The notes beneath the pieces are model-generated. The model did not search any database and was not told the DNA's origin. It saw nothing but the letters and a program-made list of their open reading frames with translations. This document shows, one piece after another, positions 13,231 to 25,439 of a stretch of DNA of 64,000 nt (positions are counted from its first letter, which is position 1; each line of letters begins with the position of its first letter). The translations under genes were made by a program, and so were the position numbers. The stretch is taken from the NCBI GenBank assembly GCA_010909165.1, contig MU008157.1, forward strand, positions 372,001-436,000. Direction: 5' to 3'. This stretch comes from Anthoceros angustus. Lineage: Eukaryota; Plantae; Anthocerotophyta.

Positions 13231-15889
13231 AGCTCGAGTGACCACCTTGGTAGAGAAAGCAACTCGAGCCTTGTGCTAGAAAGCACATGTGCGTAATGAT
13301 TGGTCTCCCTCTATTATACGAGGCCCACGTTTGGCAAACATAACCACGCGACCACCAACGGGTCACTAACTATTTGCTCACTAACCAGTTGTCACTAACG
13401 GTGGCGCCCAGTGCACGAAAGTTATTTTGCAAATGGGTCTTGTCCATGTTAACACGTTGATACATGGCTTCTTTAGGGGTCTGAAGGTCCAAGCGGGATG
13501 CACACGGCATATGCCGATTGCATTCATGCAAAACACTTATTCGTGGAATTTGCTTACAAGGGCATTTGCATTAAAAGTTGAGTTCTGGTCTCGGGACACA
13601 TGATTATCCGCCACACGCGTTGAAGCCCACTTTCGCCAATTGACCGGCGTGGTGTCCACAGGCCTTGTCCTTGGTGGCACATAGTCAGGCTTTAAATGGC
13701 GTGATACAAGCGGGGTCAGTCACGCATCTTTCATATACCTACAGGAATGCAATGGCCGCCATGTGCTCTAACTTGGGTCTTGTGATTTGTCGAACCCACC
13801 GCCAGCTCCTCCCGGTTCCGCCCTTGATCTGGGAGAAGCCATGGGCAGCCGAGGCAAGGAGCTTGATGGAAGCGCGAAGGTTTTGGCCGCAATGCGGTTC
13901 CAAGATCGGCCGGCGGGCGGTGGCGCGGCATCGGGCTTCGCGAAGAGCGTGGATGCGCCATATGCCGGAAGACCTCAAGTCGCTCGGCAATTGCGGCGGA
14001 AGGGATGTCGACCGTGTTGTTGAGGATGATTGTGACATGGGCGGTGTTATAGACAATGAATCAAGGATGGCGTGGAAAGTGGCGACTCTTGATGGCGCGG
14101 TTTGCCACTCACGCAATGGAAGCATCTTTGTGCTACGGTCTTGTGATTGGGGCCGTCTTCCACATTCTTTTGGATAGCGGACATGGCGCGTGCATGTTGT
14201 TGTGCCGAAGCCCTTTTAGGCGGCGTGCTTGGATGTAGTTGTTACCCAAGCCTCGTAATCCCTCCTGTGAACTGAGTTGGAAAGGATGTTGTGTGGCATG
14301 TGCTAATGTGGTGGTTGAAGGCATGTTTCGTTAATGTCAAGTGCGAGGTAAATCTTGTTGCCTCATGTCGGCAAGTTTATCGTGACCATTGTATGTGGAT
14401 CAACCAAAAAGCGGGCCTCCTTAACAACCCTACATTTAGGCATGGGTGCCTAGAAACTCAAAACCACATACAGCAGTGCCGACCATACCAGCCAAGACAA
14501 TCACTTGACCGTCAAGTCCCTCCTTGTCATGCTCCTCTTAGCCACCCAGTCGGATATTTGGCGATTGTGGGGCTCACCAATACACTGGATGTCTTGGGTA
14601 GCCGGGATGGCGATCATCAAGTTTGTTGCCAAAACCATGTCCTCCTCTATTGCGTGGGGTGACCACGGACACAGTTAAGGAGGTACACCCCTCGAATTTG
14701 GCTCTGCTCGTAATAATAAGCCATGATCACCCTCGCCAGAAACACCTTGCCGCTTTGCCATGCTTTGTCGAAACGGCTTGGCTGTGGCGGGCAGCGTCGA
14801 TACAACATAGCACATAGAACTCCACATGCTCTACATTTCCCTTGGGAGCACCATAAAGTTACTACACCGCGTGTGTCCTCATAAGACCTTGAGGCATGGG
14901 TGGGGCGGGCACTTCATCCACATTCTCTGGTGACCATTGAGCACCCTTGTGCTTCCACGGATGTTTCTTTTGGGGCTGTTTCCCATTCTTCCTTTTCGCC
15001 TCGGCTTGAACTTGGCCGAGGAGGTGGCGTCTCGGACTCCATGCATCTTGCTCTCCTTTCCTTCATTGGTTTTTATTACGATTGCAGCGAACTCATCAAC
15101 CATTTCAAAAGTCACCATTTCATTCGGCCACCTTCTTCATTGGGCATGATGGGCCCACCACCACTTGCAAGAACACCGTCACGTCGACCAAGCTGGTGAA
15201 GAGCACCAGACATTGATTCCTGGTTGCAAGTATGTTCCAGATCAGTACTTACAGGCACTGCCTCCACATCGCCAGGATGCTCCAAAAGTTTTTTGATGTT
15301 CGCCTGATTGAGGGCGTCATCCGCAACAACCCTATCTGCTATAACTTGATTGGCACCAATCATCACAGTATCCACTGCGCCACCCTCATACAGATCTCCA
15401 CCTGCCACCACACCCTGGCTACCAAGCGGTTGGACATCACCAGTTGTCGTCAATGCCAAATGGACACTTCGGTCCAGACCGTCACTTGCCACATGATCCA
15501 AAATATTGGTTACAGGTAGAACACCACCTGACTCCTCTGCCAGTTCGTCACATTTATCAACACATTCAATTGCGGCCACCTCCAAGTTATCACTTCGATT
15601 CACAAGACTACTGGACACCACAACCATTTCATCACCTACATCCACACCTCCACTCGAATACCTGGAAGGCACCGTTATACAGCAATAAGAAAGCACAATA
15701 CACCGTGACCAACGAGAGCGGTGGCCACCGTTGTAGCTTGTCTTGGCCATCATCATCTGCGGACAAACATGTACTCAAAGTGTAGACAACAAGATCTAGT
15801 TTCAACAAAGCAATGCCCTCACAAACCCACACGATGTCCTTCGGAGGAACACGCACACATGCCAACTTGCGTGCATTCCTCACCAACTT

Positions 15890-17900
15890 CAACCCTGTGG
15901 GGACCTTGTGTCTGGCCTTGGTGGAGTAGGAGCTATGTCCAGAACGGAGGCTGCTCGTGTGGTCTGCGTGGGGACAACGTCATCTTCAATTTGTGAGTCT
16001 AGCACCACTGTACCTGAGTAATCGCTGCCCAAACATGCGCGAACAACACGAGGCTTTTCCCTCCGGGCATTGGGGTCTGCGAAGGAATTCACGTAGGCTT
16101 CATGTGCCTCCCTTCAGGCCTTGCAAGCAGCAAATTCATCAGCTACACGGTGCAGGGAGAAATACGTTGACATCGGCGTCAGGTTGGCATAATTGCACCT
16201 GGACGAGTTCGAGATCTTGTATGACAAAATTTAGTCAGACTTCCAATAAAATGGACAAGACAACAAACCGAGGCTGTGGAACATACATATTGGAGACTCT
16301 AAGATTTTTTTGCTGCTGGGGGTGGCCAACCAATTGTTGCTGGTGATTGTGACTCCAATGTCTTTCCATCGCTGTGTCATGGTCGCCGGGTCTCCAATGC
16401 ACTCGAGGAACTCTTTCTCCCAAGTGTCTCGCTGGTCCTGTTCCCATGGAAGGAGCTTCTCCTCTGGTGCTTTGATCAGCCAACCCTTCGCTCTCAACCA
16501 TGATGCAGGCACATCAGCATTGCACCCTGGACGTGGGCAGCAACAATGTTTGTCAAGTGCCTGATACAGGCAGATATCGTGGAAGCAGTGGCCACATGGA
16601 GTGAAGACCATCTCGTTCAGGCGTACCATGACACACATTACACTTTAGGACACACGAAGCTTGCGCTTTGAAGGAAAACCACGGTTGCGTGAGAAAGGGA
16701 TCACCTTGGCCTTGGCACCACATGACTAGGTGGTGCCAAGGCCACCTCTGTCCGCCACCCCACCACTACATCACCAAGTCCAGAACCCATCCACGAAACC
16801 ATGACATCACCACCACCACCGCCACCAACCTACCACTACATCACGAATGCCACCACTGCCCACCGACCTACCCCTACGATCGAGGCCATAACACGCACAC
16901 AAGCCATGCACTACATCACCAAGGCCACCAAAAGCTCACCAGACACCCAGATGAACACAGACCAATTCCTCACCATCCCGTCAAGTGATCACCCACCCTT
17001 CCACGGAGAACACATGAGTCACCACCCCTTGAGCACCCCTACCACCACCTCACCATCCCGTGAGCGTCACGGGGCACCCAACCACAGCACATCACCATAA
17101 GGAAAACATCGGTCACGGACACCTCGTCCGTGTGCAAGAAGAATCCACACTTACAGACAAACACTACGCCGTTATGACGGGGCATGACTTGGCGGGAGGC
17201 GAGCCGACACCACGCAGTGATCCATGTTACATGCCCGGTGAGCGCGGAGAACATCCTCATGTTTTCAAGAGAAGGGTGTCCGGAGCTTGTTCCTCAGTTT
17301 TCTCCTTCAATGGGAAACACCCTCGGAATATTTAGTTTTGTCAAGCCGAATTTGAATCTTGAGTCTCGCGAATACTCTGTCGTCAAGCCCTCCACTATTC
17401 ATGACCATGTCGGCAGCTGGACCTTGGTGTTGCCCAAATCCAAGAGTGCCTCCTCCCCATCTTTTGACAAAAGCACCTCCTCCAGACAAGCTTCCAACTC
17501 GCACGAATTTTTCCAGACCTCATCCATGACAACCTTTGGTGCCCATGGCTCAAGACACGTGCTGGCCAGTGTCACTTTTCTCGCCGCCACTGCGGCAATC
17601 AATTGGAGACTCCTCGTCTCCCTTCTTGCCGGCCTCCTCTTCTACATTCTTTGCGGAGGTCCGTCCTTCTTCATGGCCTTCATGCTTCCTCTTCCCAACT
17701 CGAGAGCTCCAGATTCTTTGGGAGGATCGCCTCGTGGTCTCGCTCACGGCAGAGTGGAACACTCTTCCACATCAACCTCCGCTCCGCATCATCACACCAC
17801 CACAGTTGTGAAGAATCGTTGTATTCTCTGCGGATGGGACTTCCACACTGTGATTTCTTCTCCATCGCATCGCCTTATCACCTTCCTCTTCTCAACTAAA
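15890..17900 (-). pseudogene. Cargo gene relic with a RING-finger domain inside the Sola2-like element
   Basis: 16638-16231 encodes CVM...TPCGHCFHDICL...CPRPGC (RING-H2-like spacing). Adjoining minus-strand frames are Lys/Glu-rich. Exon structure and extent are uncertain. Confidence 0.55.
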
Positions 17901-18499
17901 TAGTACTCAAACCAATTCACGCTTGCCAAGCTTCTTCTCGATTAGGAACCCAAGTGCCACAAACCGTGGCACCCTTTATGCAACCGTGGGAGCCCGCCCA
18001 TACTGACTTCTCAACAAGACTATCAACATGCGTCCACTCTATGTCGACGGTGTCCTGATCCCCAAGAGGTATCCATCGTTCCCATTAGTGACATCCCCAA
18101 AATGCCTCTTGATCTCATCTTCACCTCCAATAGCCTCCTTTAGTCCAACTGTAGTTGACATCTCACATTCACACCGTAGTTGACAATTCCATATCACCGT
18201 AGTGCCAACACCAATGCTCCCCGAATTTTTCAGAATGTCGTGTCCTTGCGAGCCGCGGACACCTTTGCGCTCTATCCAACCTAGCCTTCTGGCGCCTAGC
18301 GTTCTGTCCATCTTGCTTGCAGAGGCGCTTGACACCTGCCGGAAATCGCCCGGCCTCACGCCACCACGCCGAGCCTTCACCCTACTCGTTGCTAGTGACA
18401 TGGTGTCCTTCACCTCACGGGCGGTGCCTTGTCCGCACCACTCCCGTTTGGGCACCACGCTCCTCGTTCCGGGAAGGCCTGGCATGCGAACCCAAACGC

Positions 18500-20545
18500 C
18501 TTCCGCACAAACCCACCTATTGCACTGCACCACCGAGCTCCCAAATCCGTAGAAACTTACGACTCCAAGCGGGTTCTGCGCCCATCACCGCTGCCGTCAC
18601 ACCTACTATTCCGCGCGAAAGCTCTAGCGAAGACATATAGGGACTCACCGGAAAACCTCACGGCGGTGGCCCTAGTTCGCCGCACACGCCCGCACTCCAC
18701 GTTCCACGAAAATGCCGCGACGGACCCAAACGCCTTCCGCACAAACCCACCGCCTGCACCGAGCTACCAAATCCGGTAGTAACGGTTCCGACCCCAAGCG
18801 ACCTGCGCAATCACCTTCAGTCACACCACCTATTGCCCGCGACATAGCTCTAGCAAAACCCATGTAGGGACTCCACATGGTGACAACCGTCCTCACGCTG
18901 CCGTCAAGGTTGAGCTCGATTCGGCGTGATGCATGCACAAATCCAATGCTTGTGAGTCTCAACATTAGGAGCACGGTGATGGAAGTGGATAACCTCATTA
19001 TCACCCTTAAAAGTCAACGAGCATCCGCTCGTTTCCGCCTCCCTTCCGTCGGTCACTTACGAGTTTGTATAATAAATTGTCCCTAGCATATATAGCAAGA
19101 CTTAAACCAATAATATATCAAATAAATCAATTTTCCAAATAAAAAATTAAATATATCTATGAAGTTAAAAGCGAATAGCCCTAAAAATATCGGTCAAAAT
19201 GGGCATAATTTCAATTGTTAAAAATCAACGTAATGCAAAACACCACTTAGAGACTTTGCTTTAAATTAGTGGTCACCTAACCATGCTCACACCCTATCAC
19301 GTTGTGGAGGTCCCTCAATAATGCCTCATCTAGCAAAGCTTCATCCGCACTTGAAGTGGTCGGTATGATCCACTGCACGTGAAAACCACTTCCAAGACGT
19401 GTAGCACTAGCCCAATGTTATTCTCCACAACGATAGCAATCTCCTTCGGTCCAACAGGCTTCCCACCACTTATACTCTTCAACACCTATGGACGCAAATC
19501 TTTTAACCCTTCCGCACAAACCCACCGCCTATTGCCTGCACCACCGAGCTCCCAACCGTCAGAAACCGTTCGACTCCAAGCGGTTCTCACGCCACCGCCG
19601 TCACCTACTATTCCGCACGAGAAAGCTCTAGCGAAGACATATAGGGACTCACCAGGAAAACCTCAAGCCGGTGGCGCCGGCCACGCACGCCTCGCCGCAC
19701 CACAACGCCCACGTTCCACGAAAAGGTGCCGCACGGCCGACGGACCCAAACGCCCTCTGCCACCGCCACCGCCCGCACCACCGAGCTACCAACCGGCCGT
19801 AAGAAACCGGTTCCGACCCAGCGACAATCACCGCCTCACACACCACCTATTGCCCGCGACATAGCTCTAGCAAAACCCATGTAGGGACTCCACATGGTCG
19901 ACAACCGTCCTCACGGCCGTCAAGGTTGAGCTCGCGATTCGGCGTGATGCATGCACAAATCCAATGCTTGTGAGTCTCAACATTAGGAGCACTGATGGAA
20001 GTGGATAACCTCATTATCACCCTTAAAAGTCAACGAGCATCCCGCTGCTTCCGCCTCCCGCCTCCACTTACGAGTTTGTATAATAAATTGTCCCTAGCAT
20101 ATATAGCAAGACTTAAACCAATAATATATCAAATAAATCAATTTTCCAAATAAAAAATTAAATATATCTATGAAGTTAAAACGAATAGCCCTAAAAATAT
20201 CGGTCAAAATGGGCATAATTTCAATTGTTAAGAAATCTGAACGTAATGCAAAACACCACTTAGAGACGGTTTCGCCCGTTTCCGAAATTAGTGGTCACCT
20301 AACCATGCTCACACCCTATCACGTTGTGGGAGGTCCCTCAATAATGCCTCATCTAGCAAAGCTTCATCCGGCACTTGAAGTGGTCAGGCTGTATGATCCA
20401 CTTCTGCACGTGAAAACCACTTCCAAGGACTGTAGCACTAGCCCAATGTTATTCTCCACAACGATAGCAATCTCCTTCCGTCCAACAAAGGCTTCCCACC
20501 ACTTATACTCTTCAATACCTATGGATGCAAATCTTTTAACCCTTC
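18500..20545 (+). repeat. ~1.0-kb tandem duplication (approx. 18500-19507 and 19508-20545) with an internal CCTTCCGCACAAACCCACC sub-repeat
   Basis: 19060-19500 is repeated at 20070-20540. The sub-repeat starts at ~18500, ~18733 and ~19508. Confidence 0.88.
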
Positions 20546-20639
20546 CCGCAAATGGGCCACACCTTCCATCGTTGATAGGATACACCGTTCCTTCTTGTCC
20601 CCCCTAGCTTCACCGTATGCACCGTAGGATGGTGCTAAG

Positions 20640-21025
20640 GGAGGCGCCCGATACCGGCGCCCTCCCCAACATGCCACTCATGGGCGCCGGCCGGCGCCTC
20701 CCCTAACATGCCACACTCATGGGCGGCCGGCCGGCGCCTCCCCTAACACACCGCCCATGGGCGGCCGGCCGGCGCCTCCCTTTGCACCCTCCCCATGGGC
20801 GGCCGGCCGGCGCCCTCCCCTAACACACCACGCCCATGGCGTGGCCCGGCGTCCCCCTAACACACCACCGCCCATGGGCGCCGGCGGCGCCCTCCCCTAG
20901 CACACCCTGCCTACCCATGGGCGGCCGGCGCCTCCCCTAACACACCACCGCCCATGGGCGCCGGCCGCCGCCGCCGGCCGGCGCCCATGGGCAAGGCATG
21001 GCGTGTTGGGGGGGGCGCCCTCCTC
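20640..21025. repeat. GC-rich ~40-bp minisatellite ending in an inverted unit
   Basis: About 8 units of CATGGGCGGCCGGCCGGCGCCTCCCCTAACAC.., followed by reverse-oriented GCCGGCGCCCATGGG...GTGTTGGGGGGGCGCC. Confidence 0.88.
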
Positions 21026-21870
21026 CTAGGCTGTCTTCCAGAAAATAAATATTTAGCGCCTCAAGAGTATGACGACTATGGACTGTTGGTCTAGTGTTTG
21101 GGAAATAAGTGCAATAATGAATAGGTTTCGTGTTCAAACCTCGTGCCTTTGCAACAATTCAATTTTGTTGATTTTAAGGATGCTTGCATGGGCGCATGGG
21201 CAACTAACTTTGTTCATTTTAAGGACGTTGGCATTGCCTTAAAGCCCAAGTGGTTGCATTGAGTGCGGAAGGTTGAAGACCACGGTGGCAACCTTTTGGA
21301 TGAGGGCCAGACCCTAGATGTCGGTGGCGCCGACACCGCTTGACCGGGCCCAAGAATGATACTATTGAAGACGAGCAAGCAATGGAGGAGAACGACAACT
21401 TCGAGGCGGAGGATATGGACCGCCTCCTAATATGGCGGTGGTACTTGACTCGATTTGAAGGCATGGATGAGTCGCCACACTCTTGAATGGCTATTGTCGG
21501 CCGATGACCACTTCTTCCTTAGCGATTGTTTGTTGCAATGTTCTCACGACCACTTAAATGAGACTCCGCTAGTATGTGATTGTTTTCATTGTGTTCCACC
21601 ACTTGAAAGTAAAGTTTTCGGTTGTAATAAACATATGAAAATGGCAGCCCTCTATGCATTCTACTAAACGCAACGGGCCACACCCCACCGTGCTCCAGCC
21701 TCGGTAGACTTGAAAGTGCATCTTTTATCAAAGATATGACCTCGTAAAGGGTGTGCATTATCAAAGTAGGGCACATATGTTGTTCTAGGTAAGGTGTTCT
21801 TCGTGACAAGGGGGTGCTGTCTCGGCCGAAGGGGGTCAGTATATCCCCCCCTTCAAAAATTATCGTGTTG

Positions 21871-22140
21871 GTGGTAGAACAAGCATTCGGTAAGCTTTAA
21901 GGCGTGGAGAATGTTAGGGAGAACCATTTGGAAGACTGACATTGACACATTGTGGGCACTCTTGATGTGTTGTTGCTACCTACATAACGTGCTGATTGAC
22001 CGTGGAGAGATGGCTATGACAGAAAATTGATGATCAGCAGACACATGATGCTAGCTACCAAACTATCCCTTGTCATAATATGCAGATGGTGACCAACTTC
22101 GTAATAACATAGCTACTTTCTTGTGGTCCATCCATGAAAT
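21871..22140 (+). pseudogene. Harbinger DDE nuclease, C-terminal part, resuming after the nested insertion
   Basis: gtg gta gaa caa gca ttc ggt aag ctt = VVEQAFGKL, then W..L and CCYLHNVLID, the canonical continuation of HSSxR. Confidence 0.88.
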
Positions 22141-22160
22141 GCAAGACACAATGGCTGATT

Positions 22161-23502
22161 CTAAGACATTTTATCTCCTATCCTGTTCAAGGCATTACCT
22201 ATCTTCATGAATGCATGCACAAAACCTTCACCTATTTGGTTCTGTGACTGCACAAGAGCACGGTTGTGCTCCATAATGTCCTGGTGCACTCTCTCTTGGA
22301 AATCCATGTGAGCTTTGTGTCGCTTGTCTTTGTTGGCTTCTGTGTTTCTTAATTGTTCCACAAAATTGCTAGTCATAGCTACGAACAAATCTTCACCTCG
22401 TTTAGAAGTGAGCACCTTCCTTTTTTTCCGGCTGCCCTTTAAAGTATCAACTGCATCTTCAGACTCCATGCCTGTGTTCAAAGACTCGGCTGGTGATGGA
22501 GACTCCTCACTAGGTTCTAGAGGGGCAGCACTAGGTGAGGCCTCTCTTGAAGAATTAGGTGTGTCTGCAAAAAATCGCACACATTAGAAGCTAGCAAGTC
22601 ATGAGCTTTATCTGAATTTTCATCAATGTAGTTAGGAGGAGCAAGCAAAAGGTAGTACCTGGTGGCATGGTGCTGGTGTCACCCAAGTGCGCAAAGTCTG
22701 GGGCAGCGGCTTGTGAATCGGTAAACCACAATTCAATTGCTGTAATCAAGTTGTGCTCAAAGCTAGGGGGCAATTTGTGAGCCTTCTTCTCTTCCACAGT
22801 CATCTGCCAGTATGTATCCTGTCCACTTAATGGATGCCGGCAATGGTCATTGATTTTTTTCCAATCCTGTGCGAGATTGTCCCACTTACTTCTGGCCTGA
22901 CCAGCAGTACACACCACACCGTTCATGTAGCAGTAGCGTGCCACTTCCTCCTACCGTTCAGTACCCTTCCTGTTCTTTTCCCTGTTGCCTCCCATCACTA
23001 TGGATTCATGATTCTTAGCTGCCTGCAAAATGTGAAGCTCCTGCAATGTCCACACTTTCCTTGGTGCCTTAAATCCCTGATGTGTGGACGGGCCCTGGCT
23101 CATGACTGTTGCTGTGGGTATATCAATTTATGAGGTGACAGGCCTGGCCGGATAAGTGAAAGGCGAGATCAAAGCCAAAGGCAATGCAGAACTTATGGAA
23201 AAATTGGGGAGCAAAGAACTCGAAGGCGCCGCACTTAATGGCAAGCTGCATCTTTGAGATGGCTGTCCCAAGCCTTCAGCCATCACCATTGCTTCAGCTC
23301 GTACCCTTGCTTTCCCTTCTTGCCCAAGCGGCTGCCTTCCTGATCGAGTGCACACTTGCCCCCCGCCCTTTTCCAGCACCCGTGTCCTTGCAATTGCCCG
23401 CGTAGTAAGCCCGCGCTTGGGAGACCGGGAAAAACGGTAACGTGACACCGTGGCTTCCGGTACCCGGTTCAAGTTGCCGTAAAACTCGCTAGACCCGCTC
23501 AT
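22161..23502 (-). pseudogene. Harbinger Myb/SANT (trihelix-like) DNA-binding protein, 2 exons, frameshifted
   Basis: KVWTLQELHILQAAK, RWEKVARYCYMNGVVCTAGQARSKWDNLAQDWKKI, YWQMTVEEKKAHKLPPSF. GT-AG intron at ~22658-22565. Coiled-coil-like C-terminus. Confidence 0.88.
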
Positions 23503-23781
23503 CTCCGATCATCGTGGGAGTTTGTTGAAACTTCCCCCAAACCCGCTTTGTTTTTGTCGTAATGTATACATATAGTCATGTGAGAAGTTGAAGTTGATGA
23601 AAACTTGCCCATGGAAACCAGCCCTTGGGCGCCATAGTCTGGGCCTTCGGGTATGGATGTGTGCACTGGCAGGGGACTCGGAAGGTCACCCAGGGTCCCG
23701 GACTCAGCACTGTGTGATGTGCTTTATCCAGCATGATATGTATGGACATACAGTCTTTGCTTGCTAGAGACCCCGTAGTTC

Positions 23782-24622
23782 GTAATCAAGTTGTGCTCAA
23801 AGCTAGGGGGCAATTTGTGAGCCTTCTTCTCTTCCACAGTCATCTGCCAGTATGTATCCTGTCCACTTAATGGATGCCGGCAATGGTCATTGATTTTTTT
23901 CCAATCCTGTGCGAGATTGTCTTACTTACTTCTGGCCTGACTTGCAGTACACACCACATCGTTCATGTAGCAGTAGCGTGCCACTTTCTCCCACCGTTCA
24001 GCACCCTTCCTGTTCTTTTCCATTTTGCCTCCCATCACTCTGGATTCATGATCAATCTTCTTAGCTGCCTGTAAAATGTGAAGCTCCTGCAATGTCCACA
24101 CTTTCCTCGTTGCCTTAAATCCATGGTGTGTGGACGGGCCCTGGCTCATGACCGCTGTGGGTATATCAATTTGTGAGGTGATAGGCTGGCGGATAAGTGA
24201 AAAGCGAGATCAAAGCCAAAGGCAATGCAGAACTTATGGAAAAATTGGGGAGCAAAGAACTCAAGGCACCACACTTAATGTGGCGCATCTTTGAGATGGC
24301 TGCCCAAGCCTTGACCATCACCATTGCTTATCGTGCCCTTTTCCCTTCTTGCCCAAGCGGTGCCTTCACGATCAGTGCACACTTGCCTCCGCCCTTTTTC
24401 CGGCACCGTGTCCTTGCAATTGCCAGCGTTGGGCAAAAGCCGTAACGTGACCCGTGGCTTCCGGGCAGTTCAAGTTGTAAAACTCGCTAGACCCGCTCAT
24501 CTCCGATCATCGTGGGAGTTTGTTGAAACTTCCCCCAAACCCGCTTTGTTTTTGTCGTAATGTATACATATAGTCATGTGAGAAGTTGAAGTTGATGAAA
24601 ACTTGCCCATGGAAACCAGCCC
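23782..24622 (-). repeat. Second copy of the Harbinger right end (duplicate of 22742-23624, including the TIR)
   Basis: GTAATCAAGTTGTGCTCAAAGC...CATGGAAACCAGCCC occurs twice, separated by ~157 bp of unrelated sequence. Confidence 0.9.
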
Positions 24623-25439
24623 TTACATTTTTTAATGATACTAAAAATAGAAATAAAACGTGACTTATAAATAGTAACAAGTTCCCCTACAAGTTGGGTG
24701 TCATCCCTTCAATTATTCGCCCCTTGCTGTAAAAAGCCCTGTAGTGCCGCCTGCTGTAAAAGCCTTACGGGGCTACTCCAAATTAAAATCCGCGATCAAG
24801 TTCACTAAAAAGAAACAAGTTGGAGTTGCCTTGTCGATATAGGAAGTATGAGGGGCAGCCTCAAGCCTTATTCTTCACTTTGAGCGCCTGCCGATGGAAG
24901 CCCGTGATGCAGCTTAGCGCACGGCCGCTCAAGACATTGATTCTATGTGTGGCCATGATAAGAATAAAAAGCTCGTTATGTGTTCAGGTCTTACTTCAGC
25001 AATTGCATTGCCTGCTGCAATAAATTATCTTCACCGTCAACCTAAAGGGCTTCCTTCATGCAGGCAAGCAGGGCAACTGAATGCTAAGGAAGGTGCACAT
25101 TCAGCGTGGTCATTTCTAGTTGAAACTGCCCCTCATACTTAGCATAAGCCAAAATGTTGAGAGGTGTCTACTGAATCGGCTGCTACTTGGTACATGTTGT
25201 GATGTGAGCAATGAAGTCGCAGCAATCGTTGATACTGGAATTGCTAAATCTCATACGCGTGGTGGTGTCCCATGCTGGATGGTTGGAGTGAAATGCGCGG
25301 TTCACTGCGAGATGCTATATGAGTCACCTGCTTCCGCTTTTGCAAGGCTGTAAGATACCAGCACTCCACATATCGGATTTTACTAATTTCAACTTAATGG
25401 AAGACCATGTCCATGCATCCACATAAACAAAAGGTCGAA

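Larger units (their letters stand above)
5420..21870 (+). mobile_element. Nested ~16.4-kb DNA transposon with a Sola2-type transposase and cargo
   Basis: Boundaries defined by the interrupted Harbinger nuclease frame. Imperfect inverted ends: CAAATAATGGTAATTTTGAAGGGGTGAATA versus reverse complement CAACACGATAATTTTTGAAGGGGGGGATATA. No TSD recognisable. Confidence 0.78.
4352..24622 (+). mobile_element. PIF/Harbinger DNA transposon, expanded to ~20 kb by a nested insertion
   Basis: Perfect 15-bp TIR GGGCTGGTTTCCATG (4352-4366) / CATGGAAACCAGCCC (24608-24622). TTA on both sides (4349-4351, 24623-24625). Contains a DDE nuclease and a convergent Myb/SANT-like gene. Confidence 0.93.

Noticed and set aside
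13665-15790. Assorted 60-214 aa ORFs inside the nested element (also 5880-6540)
   Set aside because: No motif I can recognise. Possibly decayed cargo exons, but a named call is unsupportable.
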